This document shows, one piece after another, positions 1 through 15,038 of a DNA stretch of 64,000 nt. This DNA is from the human T2T-CHM13v2.0 reference genome, Homo sapiens. How positions within the stretch are numbered: the stretch's first letter is position 1; each line of letters begins with the position of its first letter. The stretch lies in the NCBI RefSeq assembly GCF_009914755.1, contig NC_060936.1. The stretch is one strand, 5' to 3'. The notes beneath the pieces were generated by a model. That model searched no databases, was not told where the DNA came from, and was given only the letters and a program-made list of their open reading frames with translations. The translations under genes and the position numbers were made by a program.

Positions 1-197
1 CAGGCCCACTATGGATCATCTCCCTTTTGATTAACACAAAGGCAACCAATTAGGGATCTTGCTGCCATATGTAAATTCCCTTCATTTTGCCATATTCTAT
101 TGGTTAGCAGCAAGTTACAGGTTTCACTGACATCCAAAGGGAGAACATTACATAAGGGTGGGGGTTATTGGGGGTCATCTTAGAATTCTACCTCTCA
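1..197 (-). mobile_element. MaLR LTR fragment (MLT1E/F-like)
   Basis: Ends with ...gggggtcatcttagaattctacct, the reverse complement of the MLT1 5' end (tgtggtaggcagaattctaagatggcccc). Confidence 0.65.
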
Positions 198-267
198 AAG
201 GGAGTGAATGTTCTGATCAAGCAATGTTTAACTAGCAATTTGCATTTGGGGTGCTTTTTTTAAAAAA

Positions 268-692
268 AATTGTCGTAAAATCGACATCACATGAAATTTA
301 CCATTTTAACCATTTTTAAGGGTACAGTTCAGTGGCATTAAGGACATTCACGTTATTGTGCAACCACCACTACTGTCCATCTCCAGAAGCTTCTCATCTT
401 CCAGCTGAACTCTGTCCCCATGAAACACTAACTCCTATGCCCCCTCCCCCCAGGCCCTGGCAGCCCCTCTTCTCCTTTCTGTGTCTAGGAATCTGATTGC
501 TCCAAGGTGCCTCGCATAAGTGGGATCACAGGGTCTCTGTCCTTTGTGTCTGGCTTCTTTCACTCGGCACAGTGTCTTCCAGGTGGACCCGTGCTGTGGC
601 CTGTGTCAGAAAGCTCTTCTTTTTTCAGGCCAAACCCTACTCCAATGCATGATTAGCCCAAACCTTGCCTATCCATCATCCATCGGTGAATT
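268..692 (-). mobile_element. L1MB-type 3' end, split by MER41A; resumes at ~1874-1950
   Basis: aaatttaccattttaaccatttttaag...tacagttcagtggcattaag...gtgcaaccacc matches the antisense L1MB 3' UTR. Confidence 0.8.
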
Positions 693-816
693 TGTTACAG
701 GAAAGGGGTCCTGATCCAGACCCCAAGAGAGGGTTCTTGGATCTCACACAAGAAAGAATTCAGGGCAAGTCCATTGAGTAAAGTGAAAGAAAGTTTATTA
801 AGAAAGTAAAGGAATA

Positions 817-1542
<726 letters not shown>

Positions 1543-2229
1543 TAAACAAGGGGTGGATTATTCATGCCTCCCCTTTTTGGCCCATATAGGGTAACTCCCT
1601 GAAGTTGAAACTGGCGTTGGTGGGAGTGTAGCAGTGAGGACGACCAGAGGTCACTCTCGTGGCCATCTTGGTTTTGATGGGTTTCCACTGGCTTCTTTAC
1701 CGCAACCTGTTTTATCAGCAAGGTCTTTATGACCTGTATCTTGCGCTGACCTCCTGTCTCATCCCATGCCTTGGAATGGCTCAACTATCTGGGAATGCAG
1801 CCCAGTAGGTTTCAGCCTCATTTTACCTAGCTACATTCAAGATGGAGTTGCTCTGGTTCAAACACCTCTGACACATCCTTGGGTAGTTTTCACATCAGGA
1901 TATTGAATGATGCTGCTATAACCATCGGTGCACAGATAGCTGCTTGCATCCAGGGCTGCTGTCAGATTTTGGCTGGGGACCGTAGCCAGGCCGGTGCCGA
2001 CAGTGTGGGAACATCAATAAGCAGGCGGATGTGTGCTGCTCCTCACACTTTCATTCTCAAGGATGATTCCTTGTCTGTTTCATGAAAGTCATTGATTTGT
2101 TCAAAGGAGATCTGTTGAGCCCCGTTTCCCCTTTTGAAATGCAGTTTGTGAAACTGAAATGCAGTTATCCGGGCAAGGGCAGCCCTTGTCGAACGGGAAG
2201 CAGAGCTTACTTCTCCCTTGCTTCAATCC

Positions 2230-2700
2230 TTCCTGTCCCTTCCCTTTGCTCTTAGAACAAAATCTAGACTCCCCTGGCAGCCTGCGTAGCCCTGCGTGTC
2301 GGCCTCCGCCCTCCCCTCCCGCCTCACCCTTACTCACACTTCTACCCCTCCACATCTGCCCTCTCGTTCCTTGAACACGCCAAGCCCATTCCAGCCCTGG
2401 GGCCTTTGCACATGCAGCTCCTCTGCCCGCCTTGCTCATCCCCCTGGTTTGCTCATGGCTGCCTTCTCAGAAAGTGCTTCCCAGCACCCCCTGCCCCCGG
2501 GGCTAAAGTCACAGTCACCTCTTGCAGTCCCTCCTTAGCCCTCACCTGGGTTTCATGACTGCATAGCACCGCTCACAAATGCAATTCTCATGTCCCTCTC
2601 CTCGATGACAGGGAGCACAGGGGCCGTGCCTCTGGTCCCCTGCTCTCACCCCAGTACCTGGCCTTTAGTTGGAGGTCAGTGGCTGTTGGTTGAATGAATA
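2230..2700 (+). mobile_element. L2 3' fragment
   Basis: ccttgaacacgcc...ggcctttgcacatgc motif and terminal gttgaatgaata. Confidence 0.65.
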
Positions 2701-3365
2701 AGTGATCCCCTAATACGAGGTTGCAAGGGAGGTATTAAGATCTGCATGTTTCAGATAGAGACACTGAGGCTCAGGGTCACAGCAGGTAAACAGAGGCTCC
2801 AGCGTTGAACCCCGGGTCACCTGCCCTCTCCCAACCCAGCGCTGTCTTGGGGAACAGGGTGAAGCTCAGGAGGAGCCCCCCAACCCCGGCGTGCCCCCAT
2901 TTTGCCTCCTCAGAAGGCCCTGCAGCTGGCCTTTCCTGGGAGGCGCAGAGCCCACAGAGCCCAACTCTGGTGGCAGAATTAGCCTGTCCTCGGGCTGCGC
3001 TGGCTCCAGTCCCAGTGAGGTGGTGACTGTCACTCTCCATAGGAGAGGACGCCTCTCGCCATGGCAACGGGGACGTCACCAGGGACGTGTTTGCCGGAGC
3101 ACAAAAGGGGGTGTCGGGGAAACACCCGCACTCTGGCGGCAGAAACACAGTGCACGGCCTCACTCCCCATCTGGGGATGGCTGCTGGGAGGTGACCGAGC
3201 CTCCCTAGGCAGCCGGGGCCCTCCTCAGCCCTCGTGCTTGCCTTCCAAAGAGCTGTGGCTGTTTTCTCCGCTCCCCTGCGGTGGAGAAGGAAGAGGGCAC
3301 ATCGCTGGAGGCATCTTGTCTGTGCCTATGCAGTTCTGACTGCGTTTGTGCCCCTTCGATTCACG

Positions 3366-3420
3366 CCCATTGCACAAATGGGGACACTGAGGCAATGAGA
3401 GGCGAGGAGACTTGCCCAAG
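3366..3420 (-). mobile_element. MIR core fragment
   Basis: cccattgcacaaatggggacactgaggc...gacttgcccaag. Confidence 0.6.
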
Positions 3421-3474
3421 ACCTGCAGGCTCCGTCAGGGGCAGGGTCACCGGTGCGGCTTCAGAGGCAGGGCT

Positions 3475-3590
3475 GGCTGGGGTTGGAATCCCTGCCTTCC
3501 CACTCATCAGCTCTGTGTCCTTGGGCAAGTCACTGTCGCCTCTGAGCCTCAGTGTTCTCATCCGTAAAATAGGGAAAATAACAGTTTCCA
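3475..3590 (+). mobile_element. MIR core fragment
   Basis: ctgtgtccttgggcaagtcactg...ctctgagcctcagtgttctcatccgtaaaataggg. Confidence 0.7.
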
Positions 3591-4181
3591 GGGCCATCGT
3601 TCACCTTTTTTTTGTTAAGTATGCCATCCAGGTGTTTTCAGGATATTCAGAAAAATGTGATTCATTGGGATATTGCACAACCATCACCACTACCTAATTC
3701 CAGAGCATTTCCATCACCCCCAAAGGAAACCCCACATGCATTAACAGTCACCTCCCGTTCCCGTTCCCACCTCCCCCAGCCCCGGCAACCACCAACCCAC
3801 ATTCTGTCTCTATGAATTTGCGTATTCTGAACATTTCATATAAATAGAATCGTACACGAGACCTTTTGTGTCTGACTTCTTTCACCTGCGTCGTTCTCGA
3901 GGTTCATCCGTGCCGTAGCGTGAGCCAGGGCTGCGTTCCACCTTATGGCTGAATCATACTCCACCCCATGGACGGACCACGTCGTGTTTAACCATCATTA
4001 GCTGATGGACGCCTGGGTTGCTTCCACCTGTTGGCTCTTGTGAGCAATGCTGCTGTGAACATGTGTGCTGTGAGTTTCTGGGTGGACGTATGTTCCCATT
4101 TCTCTTAGGCAGACTCTCTGGAGTGAAATGGCTGGATCATACGGTAGGTCTAGGTTAAACTTTTTAAGAAACCGCTGAACT

Positions 4182-4474
4182 GGCCAGGCACAGTGGCTCA
4201 CGCCTGTAATCCCAGCACTTTGGGAGGCCGAGGTGGGTGGATCATTTGGGGTCAGGAGTTCAAGACCAACCTGGCCAACATGGTGAAACCCCGTCTCTAC
4301 TAAAAGTACAAAAATTAGCTGGGCGGTAGTGGGGCACACCTGTAATCCCAGCTACTCAGTGAGGCTGAGGGAGGAGAAACGCTTGAGCCTGGGAGGCGGA
4401 GGTTGCAGTCAGCCGAGATTACGCCACTGGGTAACAGAGCGAGACCCTATCTCAAAAAAAAAAAAGAAGGAAAG

Positions 4475-4508
<34 letters not shown>

Positions 4509-4580
4509 AAGAGAGAGAGAGAGGGAGAGAGAAAGAAAGAGAGAGAGAAAGAAAGAAGGAAGAAAGAAAGAAAGAAAGAT

Positions 4581-4643
<63 letters not shown>
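4182..4643 (+). mobile_element. AluS with a tail expanded into a microsatellite
   Basis: Alu dimer; TSD aagaaac(c/t)gctgaact at 4166-4181 and 4644-4659. Confidence 0.92.
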
Positions 4644-4647
<4 letters not shown>

Positions 4648-4648
4648 A
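4455..4648 (+). repeat. Compound (A)n/(GA)n/(GAAA)n microsatellite
   Basis: Direct reading of the Alu tail. Confidence 0.95.
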
Positions 4649-4839
4649 ACTGCTGAACTGTTTTCCAAATCTTGCATCCCCGAGACAGGGGATGAGAGTT
4701 CCAGTTGCTCAATATTTTTGCCAATACAATACCCAGCACACCATCGTCGCACACCACCGTCGTTCCATCAGAGAAGATGCTTTTGAAGATGCTGAAAGTC
4801 ATTAAAGACCCCATACATGATTCCCGGCAGCCCACAGAT

Positions 4840-5299
4840 GGATGCAACTCAAGTATCCAGTGACAGACTATGGGTAAACAAAAGGTGGCGTATCCATACA
4901 ATGGAATACGACGCAGCCTTGAAAAAGGAAGGATATTCTGACACGGGCCACAACATGGATGAGCCTTGAGGACACTGTGCTGAGTGAAATAAGCCAGCCA
5001 CAAAGGGACAAATACTGTATGATTCAATTTATGTACAGGTTGGACTAGTCCAACCTTAGAATAGTCAAATCCACAGATACAGAAAGTAGAATGGTGGGAG
5101 CCAGGGGCTGGCAGGAGCCAGGTGGAGAGTTGGTGTTTAATGGAGACAGAGTTTCAGTTTGGGAAGATGAAAAAATTCTGGAAATGGATGGTAGTGGTTG
5201 CACAACAATGTGACTGTCCTTAATGCTACCAACCTGTATACTTACAAATTGTTAAAATGGTAAATTTTATGATATATATTTTTTATCACAATAAGAAAA
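4840..5299 (+). mobile_element. L1MB-type 3' end
   Basis: tatccatacaatggaata...acaacatggatgagccttgaggac...gtgaaataagccag...aaatggtaaattttatg. Confidence 0.85.
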
Positions 5300-5358
5300 T
5301 GTAGCATCCTTTATTTTCCACTCCAGCGAACTGTTGTTTAGTTCAAATCCTGTCTACC

Positions 5359-5790
5359 ATGTAGTGGGGACCACATTGCACCCTCTGGGCCTGAGTAATC
5401 CGGGGAAGGCCTGTGATCCACTTCTGGCCAGAAACGTGAGGGAAGTATGCTGGCGGCTCCTGGGAAAAAGGTCTCACTAGAAAATGAGAAGGTTACAGGA
5501 AGAGAGGTTTGGTCCCTTTTGCCTCCTTCCCACCTCACCTTCCTTCCTGCCTTTGGATGTCATTGTGGGATGAAGTGATGTCTGCAGCTGTGGCAGCCAT
5601 GGTGCCACCATGAGGAGAAGGCTAAGAGAATTGCAGAGATGCCAGCCCTGTATCCTGACACTGAGGAACTAGTGAACCCACCTGGGCTATGCCTGCTTCT
5701 CAATGTCCTCCGAAATAAACAATGAATGACCTTATGCTTTAAGCCACTGTGAGCCAAGGTTTTTGTTACTTGTAGCCAAGTGCCTCCCTA
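5359..5790 (+). mobile_element. MaLR LTR (MLT1I/J/K-like)
   Basis: gctgtggcagccatgg...ttaagccactg...ttttgttacttgtagcc, typical of old MLT1. Confidence 0.6.
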
Positions 5791-5848
5791 ATGGATTCAA
5801 TACACTCCTGCTTCTACGGACCTGGTGATATAGGGTTTGGGACAAGAG

Positions 5849-6148
5849 CTTTTTTTTTTTTTCTTGAGATAGGGCATCACTCTTTCACCCTGGCTGGAGT
5901 GCACTGGCGCAGTCACAGCTCCCTGCAGCCTCAGACTCCTGGACTCCAGCAGTCCTCCCGCCTCGGCCTCTCAAGTAGCCAGGCCCACAGGCACACCACC
6001 ATGCCTGGCCAATTTTTAAAATTTTTTCTATAAAGACAGGGTCTTGCTATGTTGCCCAGGCTGATATTACATTCCAGGCCTTAAGCAATCCTCCTGCCTC
6101 AGGCTCTCAAAGTGCTGAGATTACAGGTGTGAGCCATTATGCCCAGCC
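5849..6148 (-). mobile_element. AluJ
   Basis: J diagnostics (cacagctccctgcagcctc, gggtcttgctatgttgcccagg); TSD ggacaagag. Confidence 0.9.
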
Positions 6149-6149
6149 A

Positions 6150-6360
6150 GGACAAGAGGCTTTGGATCCACCACGCCTGGGCTTGTATCTCAGCTCCTGA
6201 CAGCTATGTGGCTATGAGTAAATTGGTCCACCCCTCTGGGCCACAGGTTTGCTAACTGCCAGATGAAGACAGTAGTGCTATGTGCTTTGTAAAGTAGATG
6301 GTGTGAGGCTGAATGCGTTATGGGATGTATGCATGTGCCTGGTACACAGTAAGAGATTAA
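6150..6360 (+). mobile_element. MIR
   Basis: Degenerate MIR ending gtgcctggtacacagtaag. Confidence 0.6.
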
Positions 6361-7559
6361 TTACACAGTAAGAGATTAACCAGTCTCTTCCATGGGACTC
6401 AGGATGACGCTTTTGCTGGGGAACGGTGAATCAACGGCCTGCTGCGGGCTCTGTCTGGGTGGAGGCTGGCTGGCCCAGCCACAGTCCCAGGGGCTGTGCC
6501 GCTTTCCCAGCTGACTGATGCAGAGGCCGCAGAGGCCTTGGGCTGCCGTCTGGGGAAGAGACATTGATCCAAGGTTGATTTGGGATTTTATTTTCCCTTC
6601 CCCTTTAACAAAAGCACGGAGTGTTTCCTTCAAGCAGGCTCATCAGTTCTTAGCCCAGGTACAGCCTTCCAGCTGGAGAGGAGTCAAGCATTCCTCTTTG
6701 CTGAGTTCAAGGTTGGCCCCTCTGTGCCGCCAGCGCTCAAGGATCCCCTGGAATGAACCCGAGTCGCAGCATTGCAGGAAGGCTGTGGTATGCGGGAGGG
6801 AGGCCGCCCTGCCAAGAGGACAAGCGGAGGCGGGATTTGGGCAGGATCACCTACCGAGGTGCCCACTACCCTCAGGAATCGAAGATCAAACAGACAAGAC
6901 AACCTTGCTGGTGGCCAGCAGCCTAGGGTCCCCTGAGGATGTGCGGGGCAGGGGTTGGCAACTTCGATCACATTAGTAAGGCTGAGCTCATCTCCCAACT
7001 GTCCGGAAACTGGGCCACCAATCTTAAATCCATTCCCCAGGCACCTCACTGAGGCCCAGAGAGATTTGGGGAGGATCTTGGAGGCAGTCGCAGCGCCCCC
7101 ACAGAAGTGGGAAGTCCCAGTGGCCTGCTCCGTGGAATCAGGGCAAGTTGGCTCCTTGGCAAGATGGCAAAGCCCTGTGGCAATGAGGACTGTGGGCCCC
7201 ACCCCGCCTTGTCCACCTGGCCTTCCTCAGTCTCTTCCACCCCCACCCCCAGTCCAGCCACTCTGTGCCGTCTTCTCTTAGGGCTTCTAAGACCAACATC
7301 CCTTTCACTCCATCCTCCAGGATGTGATTCTGAGCAACGTTTCCGCCCTAAGGAGTGGGGGCCTCTGCTTCTTGTTTAAATAATAAAGTCAAATCCTAAT
7401 GCAATATGGGAAAAAACAAGGATGTGGGAAATCCTGGGGCCCCCAGAGAATGGGGAGGTGTGGCAGGGCCCCCACAGTGGAGGGCATTGAATGCCGAGCA
7501 GAAGCCCCTGGACTGAGTTGGGAGGTAGTGGAGAGCCATGCACAAGCTCCACGTTGGGC

Positions 7560-8070
7560 TTGTACCCTCTGCTCCAGGCACACAGGCTTCCTATGACCCT
7601 CAGACATGCCTGCTCGGGTCCTGCCTCAGGGCCTTTGCACCCGTACCTGCTCAGGTCCCGCCTCAGGGCCTTTGCACCTGCATCTGCTCAGGTCCTGCCT
7701 CAGGGCCTTTGCACCTGCACCTGCTCAGGTCCTGCCTTAGGACCTTTGCACCTGCACCTGCACCTGCTAGGGTCCTGCTAGGGTCCTGCCTCAGGGCCTT
7801 TGCACCTGCAGTTCTCGGGGCCTGACATGCTCTTCCCCAGCTCTTGGCTTGGCTCCAGTGACAGGGTCACCTCCTCAAACAGGACATCCCCAGCAGCCTT
7901 TCTAAAGCGGCCCCGCCCTTCTCCTCTCTTCCTCATCATCTCAGTTCACAGAGTTCACGTCGCCTCTCACTGCCTGGGATGGCCTTGCCTGTCTGTCTGT
8001 GGCCTGTCTCCTTTCTGTTATAGCCCAGCTCCTGGGACAATAGGATGAACAAATGAAGGAGTGAATGAAT
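7560..8070 (+). mobile_element. L2 3' fragment containing an internal minisatellite
   Basis: ctctgctccaggcacacaggc...cctcagggcctttgcacc...tgaatgaatga. Confidence 0.65.
7609..7810 (+). repeat. 37-bp minisatellite, about 5 copies
   Basis: Unit cctgctcaggtcctgcctcagggcctttgcacctgca starting at 7609, 7646, 7683, 7720 and ~7763. Confidence 0.92.
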
Positions 8071-8669
8071 GATGGAGCTGGGTTTGGGGGTTAATCACAG
8101 CAACACGCATGGCAATGTCTGGAGCCTGCAGGATGCCCTCCTATTCACACCCTGGGGGCCACTCCCCTGCAGCCCCAGTGTCTGCCTCTGCCCACACTCC
8201 AGCTGGGAGGCTCGCCGATGGCCCTGTGCCGGGAACTCCCGTTTCTGAGCCGGTACAGCAGCAAACTCTGTAGCGGTGCTCCCTGCCAGGTGCAGGCAGG
8301 AGCTGCAGGGACGCTTCTGAAGGGGCAGGAGGTCAGGATGGGAGGCAGGCACGCTCTTAGCTTCCCACTGGAGAACATTTCAGGGAAGCGACTTTTTGCC
8401 TGGAATGCCAAGGGCAGCCTCTTGTCCAGGGCACCGTGGGTCATTGTGCAGTGTGAGGTGAGGCCCTGGGGCTGCCTTCAACACCAGCCAGACCCCTCGC
8501 CAGGCAGGACACGAGAGAAGGCTGTGGGCTGGCAGGCTTAGCTAAGAAGTTCACTGAGAGGAATCTTCAGAGCTGGAGGGATGACACAGAAGTCCCCAGT
8601 GGTCAGCAGGTGGCCATGGGAAGGACCCAGGCCTGGAGGAGAGGTGGGACGGGGGTGGTCTAAGTCCCT

Positions 8670-9206
8670 TGTAACAGATGGCATTTTCCAGAGACAGCCT
8701 CTGCAATTTCTCCCATCCCACAAGATATTCTTCCCATATGACCTTTACCTCCCACTGCTGGAGAGTGGGGTTTATGTTCTCTCCCTCCTGAATCTGAGCA
8801 CGTTCATGACTCACTCACAACTAATAGAATGTGGCAGAAGAGACGCTGCGTGGCCTCCAAGGCTAGGTCACAGAAGGTGATGCAGGTGCCTTCGTGCTAT
8901 AGCCCTGAGATGCTGTGTAAGCATCTGACTGCCCAGGGCCGCCATGTTGTGAGGAAGTCCAAGTAGCCAGAAAGGGGGCTGTGGGTTGGTGTTGTGGCAG
9001 ACAGTCCAGATACGTCCCAGCCCCCAGCCAGCTCCAACTGCCAAACAGGCACTTCCAGAAGGCCCTGGCATCCTGGAATAGAGACAAGACATCTGTGCTG
9101 TGCCTTGTGTGATTCTGAGCCATAGGATCTGTGAGCGTAATACGATGGCTGCTGGGCGCCCTAATGTTTTGAGGGATTCCTTACACAGCACAAGTACCCT
9201 GGCAAC
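8670..9206 (+). mobile_element. MaLR LTR (MLT1G/H-like)
   Basis: aatagaatgtggcagaag...ccaaggctaggtcacagaagg...gccatgttgtgaggaagtccaag. Confidence 0.7.
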
Positions 9207-9709
9207 CGTGGCTCCACCTCCAGCCAGGCGTTATCACTGGGCTCCCTGTCTTCCTCTGCCCACCCGGCCAGCAAGTCAGGCCCTCCTCTGTTTAGAACTC
9301 CTTGGTGTCAGCCTGGCTTTGCTGCTTTCCCCAGGGGTAGGAAATGAGCCTTTCATTGAATTTCGTAACATGGCTCTTTGCTGTCCTCTCACCCACCTGG
9401 TGAGAGAATGAAATCTCAGAGAGGTTCCAAGAGGCCACCTTCTCTGCCCAAGGTTGAAATGACCAGAGTAGACTTAAGCCTTCTAGAATGTATGGTAAGG
9501 GCTTCTGTGGCCTTTTGTTGTTGCTGGTCTTTGCTGATGACAATCACAGCCACAACGAGCATGCAGCAGCAGCAATGACATAGACCTTCCACTGTGGCAG
9601 CTGCTGGCTAAGCAGTTCGCATGCACCTCATCTGCCTACGCTCATGGTCCACGCTGATGTGGTTCTTGGAGGCAATCCCTTACCAAGTGTAGGCAAGGGA
9701 GCCTGCAAT

Positions 9710-10040
9710 GGTCAGGATAGGCCAGGTTATACTGTGGTAACAAACAACCTGGCGATTTCAACAGCTCAGCACACAGAGGTTTCTTGTCACTCACACTGCA
9801 TGTCCATTGTAGGTAAGCCTGGGCTCTGCTCCATGTTGTCCTCACAGCAGGACCCAGCCACCTGCTGGAACATCACTGGCCACTGTGACAGAAGGAAAGA
9901 GAGCTCTGGAAAGTCTTGCACTGGCCAGTGTGTGCCCAGCCTGGATCCATCACTTCCACTCACACTCATGCAGTGCCCCCTACCCACCAAGGGTCGGGAA
10001 GTGCCTGGAAAAGGAGAACTGGAACATTGATGAACAGCCC
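9710..10040 (-). mobile_element. MaLR LTR (MLT1J/L-like)
   Basis: tcaggataggccaggttatactgtggtaacaaacaacc. Confidence 0.55.
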
Positions 10041-10278
10041 TGTGATGGTCTGCAAAGGCACAGTGGCTGCTACCTGGCTCCAGCATCCCCAAGGCCTCAG
10101 CCAGTTGTTCCTCCCTCCCCACCCCCCGGCCCTGCCCGGCTCTGCCATTTTCCCCTGGGGCACTAGGAGGGAGGGGCACTCACCTTCACAGAACCCACCT
10201 GTGGTAGGCAGACTAACAGCCCCCCAAAGATATCCACATCCCACTCCCCAGAACCTGAGAACATGTTACCATCCACGG

Positions 10279-10983
<705 letters not shown>

Positions 10984-12093
10984 AAGGGGCTCCTGCAGAG
11001 GGGATGAAGTTATGGATTTTGCGATAGGGAGATTATCTTGGATGATCAAGGGGCCCATTGTCATCGCAAAGATCTTATAAGAGGGAGGCAGGAGGGTTAG
11101 AGTAGGAGAAGGTGGAAGAGAAGAAGAAGAGATGGTGGAAACAGAGGTCAGGGCAATTCCGCCACCAGCCAAGGAGTGTGGCAGCCTCTAGAAGTTGCAA
11201 GAGGAAAGGAATGAAGCCTCCTCTGGACCCTCCAGAAGGAACCAGCCCTGCCAGTGCCCTGACCTCATCTCCATAAGCTCCACTGGGACCTTCTGCCCTC
11301 CAGAACGGGGAGATAACAATATTGTGTTGCTTTAAGCCTCTATGTTTGTGGTGATTTGTTCAGCAGCAATAGGAAATCCACACGTCATCCAAATGCCCTC
11401 CTTTACAGAAAGCTTCTGAACCCGCTCTTGCCTTGGTTGGCAAACTTCTGCCCTCCACACTCCTCCTCCTCTGGGATGGGTGGGGACAAGTCCTTCACTG
11501 GGGTCAGGTTGCCCCAAAGCCTGTCTCCTGGACTTGGAGGCTGCTCCCTCCGACCTCGGCACCCCCCAAGGGCCAGAGGCCACCACCTCGAGCAGCCAGC
11601 GGGTAAGAGCCAGCCTGCAGGGTGGATACTAAATACAATAGGTCTGTGACCACACACGGCCCCACCCCCAGGGGCCCAGGCCCCGCTGACCTTCCCACCC
11701 CGGGGCACACCCAGCTGCTTCCTCAAAGCCACAGCCCTTTCCTCCAGCCCAGCCTTTGCCCTGGCCCTTTCCTCTTCTGCTCCTGACGTGCCTGACTCAT
11801 CCAGCAAGTTCCAGCTCAGAAATCTCTGGGGGAGCCTGGTCCAGCCCCGTTCCATCCACCCCGCCCTGCTGGCTTCATTTCATTTCATGCACTCAGTAGA
11901 TGGGCACACAGCTCTCCTCTGTTCTCCTCTGGAAGGCACAGGCAGAGCCCTCACCTCAGGACCTCCAGAAGCTGACAATTGGTCGGCGGGAGCAGGGTAG
12001 GGGGTTGGGTGGGAGCCTGTGACATGTTTTAATGAAGTGTAGACATTTTAAATATACAATTCAAAGACTTTTTTAAAAATCTTAAGTACATAT

Positions 12094-12394
12094 GTTTTTA
12101 GAGACAGGGTCTCACGCTGTGGCCCAGGCTGGAGTACAGTGACACCATCATAACTCACTGCAGCCTCGAACGCCTCAGCTAAAGCAATCCTCCCGCCTCA
12201 GCCTCCCAGCCTCCCAAGCAGCTGGCAGTGCAGATGTGCACCACCATACTCAGCTAATTTAAATTTTTTTTTTTTTTAGAGATGGGATCTTGCTGTGTTG
12301 CCCAGGCTGGTCTCAAACTTTTGGGCTAACGCAATCCTCCCACCTCAGGCTCCCAAGGCATTGAAATCACAGGCATGAGCCACCGCACCCAGCC
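12094..12394 (-). mobile_element. AluJ
   Basis: Antisense Alu with J diagnostics. Confidence 0.9.
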
Positions 12395-12965
12395 ATGGGA
12401 CTTCTGATGAAACTGTATCATGCAGCCATCACCCCCATCGACACAGAGGACTCTTCCCTCATCCCAAAGCTGCTTTCCCAGCCAATCGATTGGCCTGACA
12501 ATGTGAGGGGTGCTTTGTCTTTTCAGGAGTTTGCTCTTGATGGAATCCTGTGCTGTGAACTCTCTAGGCCTGGCTTCCTTCCCTTTGCACAGGGCTCAGC
12601 AAAATACAGGCCTCCCGGGGCCAGATCTGGCCTGTTGCCTGGTTTGTAGGACCTGCAGGCCAAGAATGGTTTTTACTTTTGTTTTTGTATTTTAAAAAAT
12701 AATAAATAGACTTTTTAAAATACAGTTTTTTGTTTACAGAAAAATTGAGTAGACAGTATAGAGAATTCCACATGCACACACACTCAATTCCCACCCCCCC
12801 AACCCGGTACACAGTTTCCCCTGTTATTCATATCTTGCATTCGTGTGGTACACTTGTTACAATTAAGGAATCAATATTGACACAGCACTATGAACTATAG
12901 TCCCTAGTTTACATTGGGGGTCACTCTTGGAGTTGTAGGGTTCTATAGGTCTTAAGAACCGTACC

Positions 12966-13340
<375 letters not shown>

Positions 13341-13629
13341 CTAAAAGTCCCCTGGGCTCCATCTTTTCATCCCTCTTTCCCTCTCCCCAGTCCCCTGGCA
13401 GCCACTGATCTTTCTACTGTCTCTATAGTTTTGCCTTTTCCAGAATGTCACATAGTTGGAATCATAGCATGCAGCCTTTCAGAACGGCCTCTTTCACTTA
13501 GTAATATGCATTTAAGTTTCTTCCATGTCTTTTTGGGGCTTGATAGCTCACATCTTTTTAGCACTGAGTAATAGTCCACTCTCTGGATGTGCCACAGTTT
13601 GTTTATTCATTCACCCTTTTTAAAAAAAA

Positions 13630-13929
<300 letters not shown>

Positions 13930-14277
13930 AACCCTATTCACCTATTAAAGAGCATCTTGGTGGCTCCCAGTTTAGGGTGTTTATGACTGTAGCTGCTATG
14001 AACATTCATGTGCAAATTTTTGCATGGATGTAAGTTTTCAAATCACTTGAGTAAACACCTGGAAGTGTGATTGCTGGATAGTCTGCTAAGACTATGGTTA
14101 GCTCTCTGAGAAACCAGCAAACTGTCTTCCACAGTTGTTTAACTATTCTGCATTCCCACCAGCAGTGAGGGAGCGTTCCTGGGCGTTTGCATTTTATAGT
14201 GGTTGAAAAAACCAAAAGAAGAATATTTCATGACACATAAAAATTATATGAGATATGACTTTTAGTGTCCATAAATA

Positions 14278-14585
14278 GTTTTGTTTTTTTTTTTTTTTTT
14301 TTTTTTTTGAGACAAGGTCTTACTTTGGCACCCAAACTGGAGTGCAGTGGTGTGAACATGGCTTACTGCAGCCTCGACCTCCTGGGTTCAAGCAATCTTA
14401 CCTCAGGCTCCTGAAGAGCTGGGACTATAGGCACGTGCCACCGTGCCTGGCTAATTTTTGTATTTTTTTGTAGAGACAGGGTCTCTATGTTACCCAGACT
14501 GGTCTCAAACTCCTGGCTCAAGCAATCCTCCCACCTTGGCCTCCCAAAGTGCTGGGATCATAGGCATATGTTGCTGCCCCTGGCC
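14278..14585 (-). mobile_element. AluJ
   Basis: Antisense Alu; TSD ataaata. Confidence 0.9.
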
Positions 14586-14671
14586 ATAAATAAAGTTTTA
14601 TTAGGACACAGCCATGCTCATTCACCTGTGTATTGGGTATGGCTTCTTTCATGCTACATAGGTAGAGTTGA

Positions 14672-15038
<367 letters not shown>

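Larger units (their letters stand above)
3605..4727 (-). mobile_element. L1MB-type 3' region interrupted by an Alu
   Basis: gcacaaccatcaccactacctaattccagagcatttccatcacccccaaaggaaacccc; continues after the Alu. Confidence 0.8.

Noticed and set aside
4329-5027. Lys/Glu/Arg-rich and Phe/Leu/Ser-rich ORFs
   Set aside because: Translations of the (GAAA)n Alu tail.
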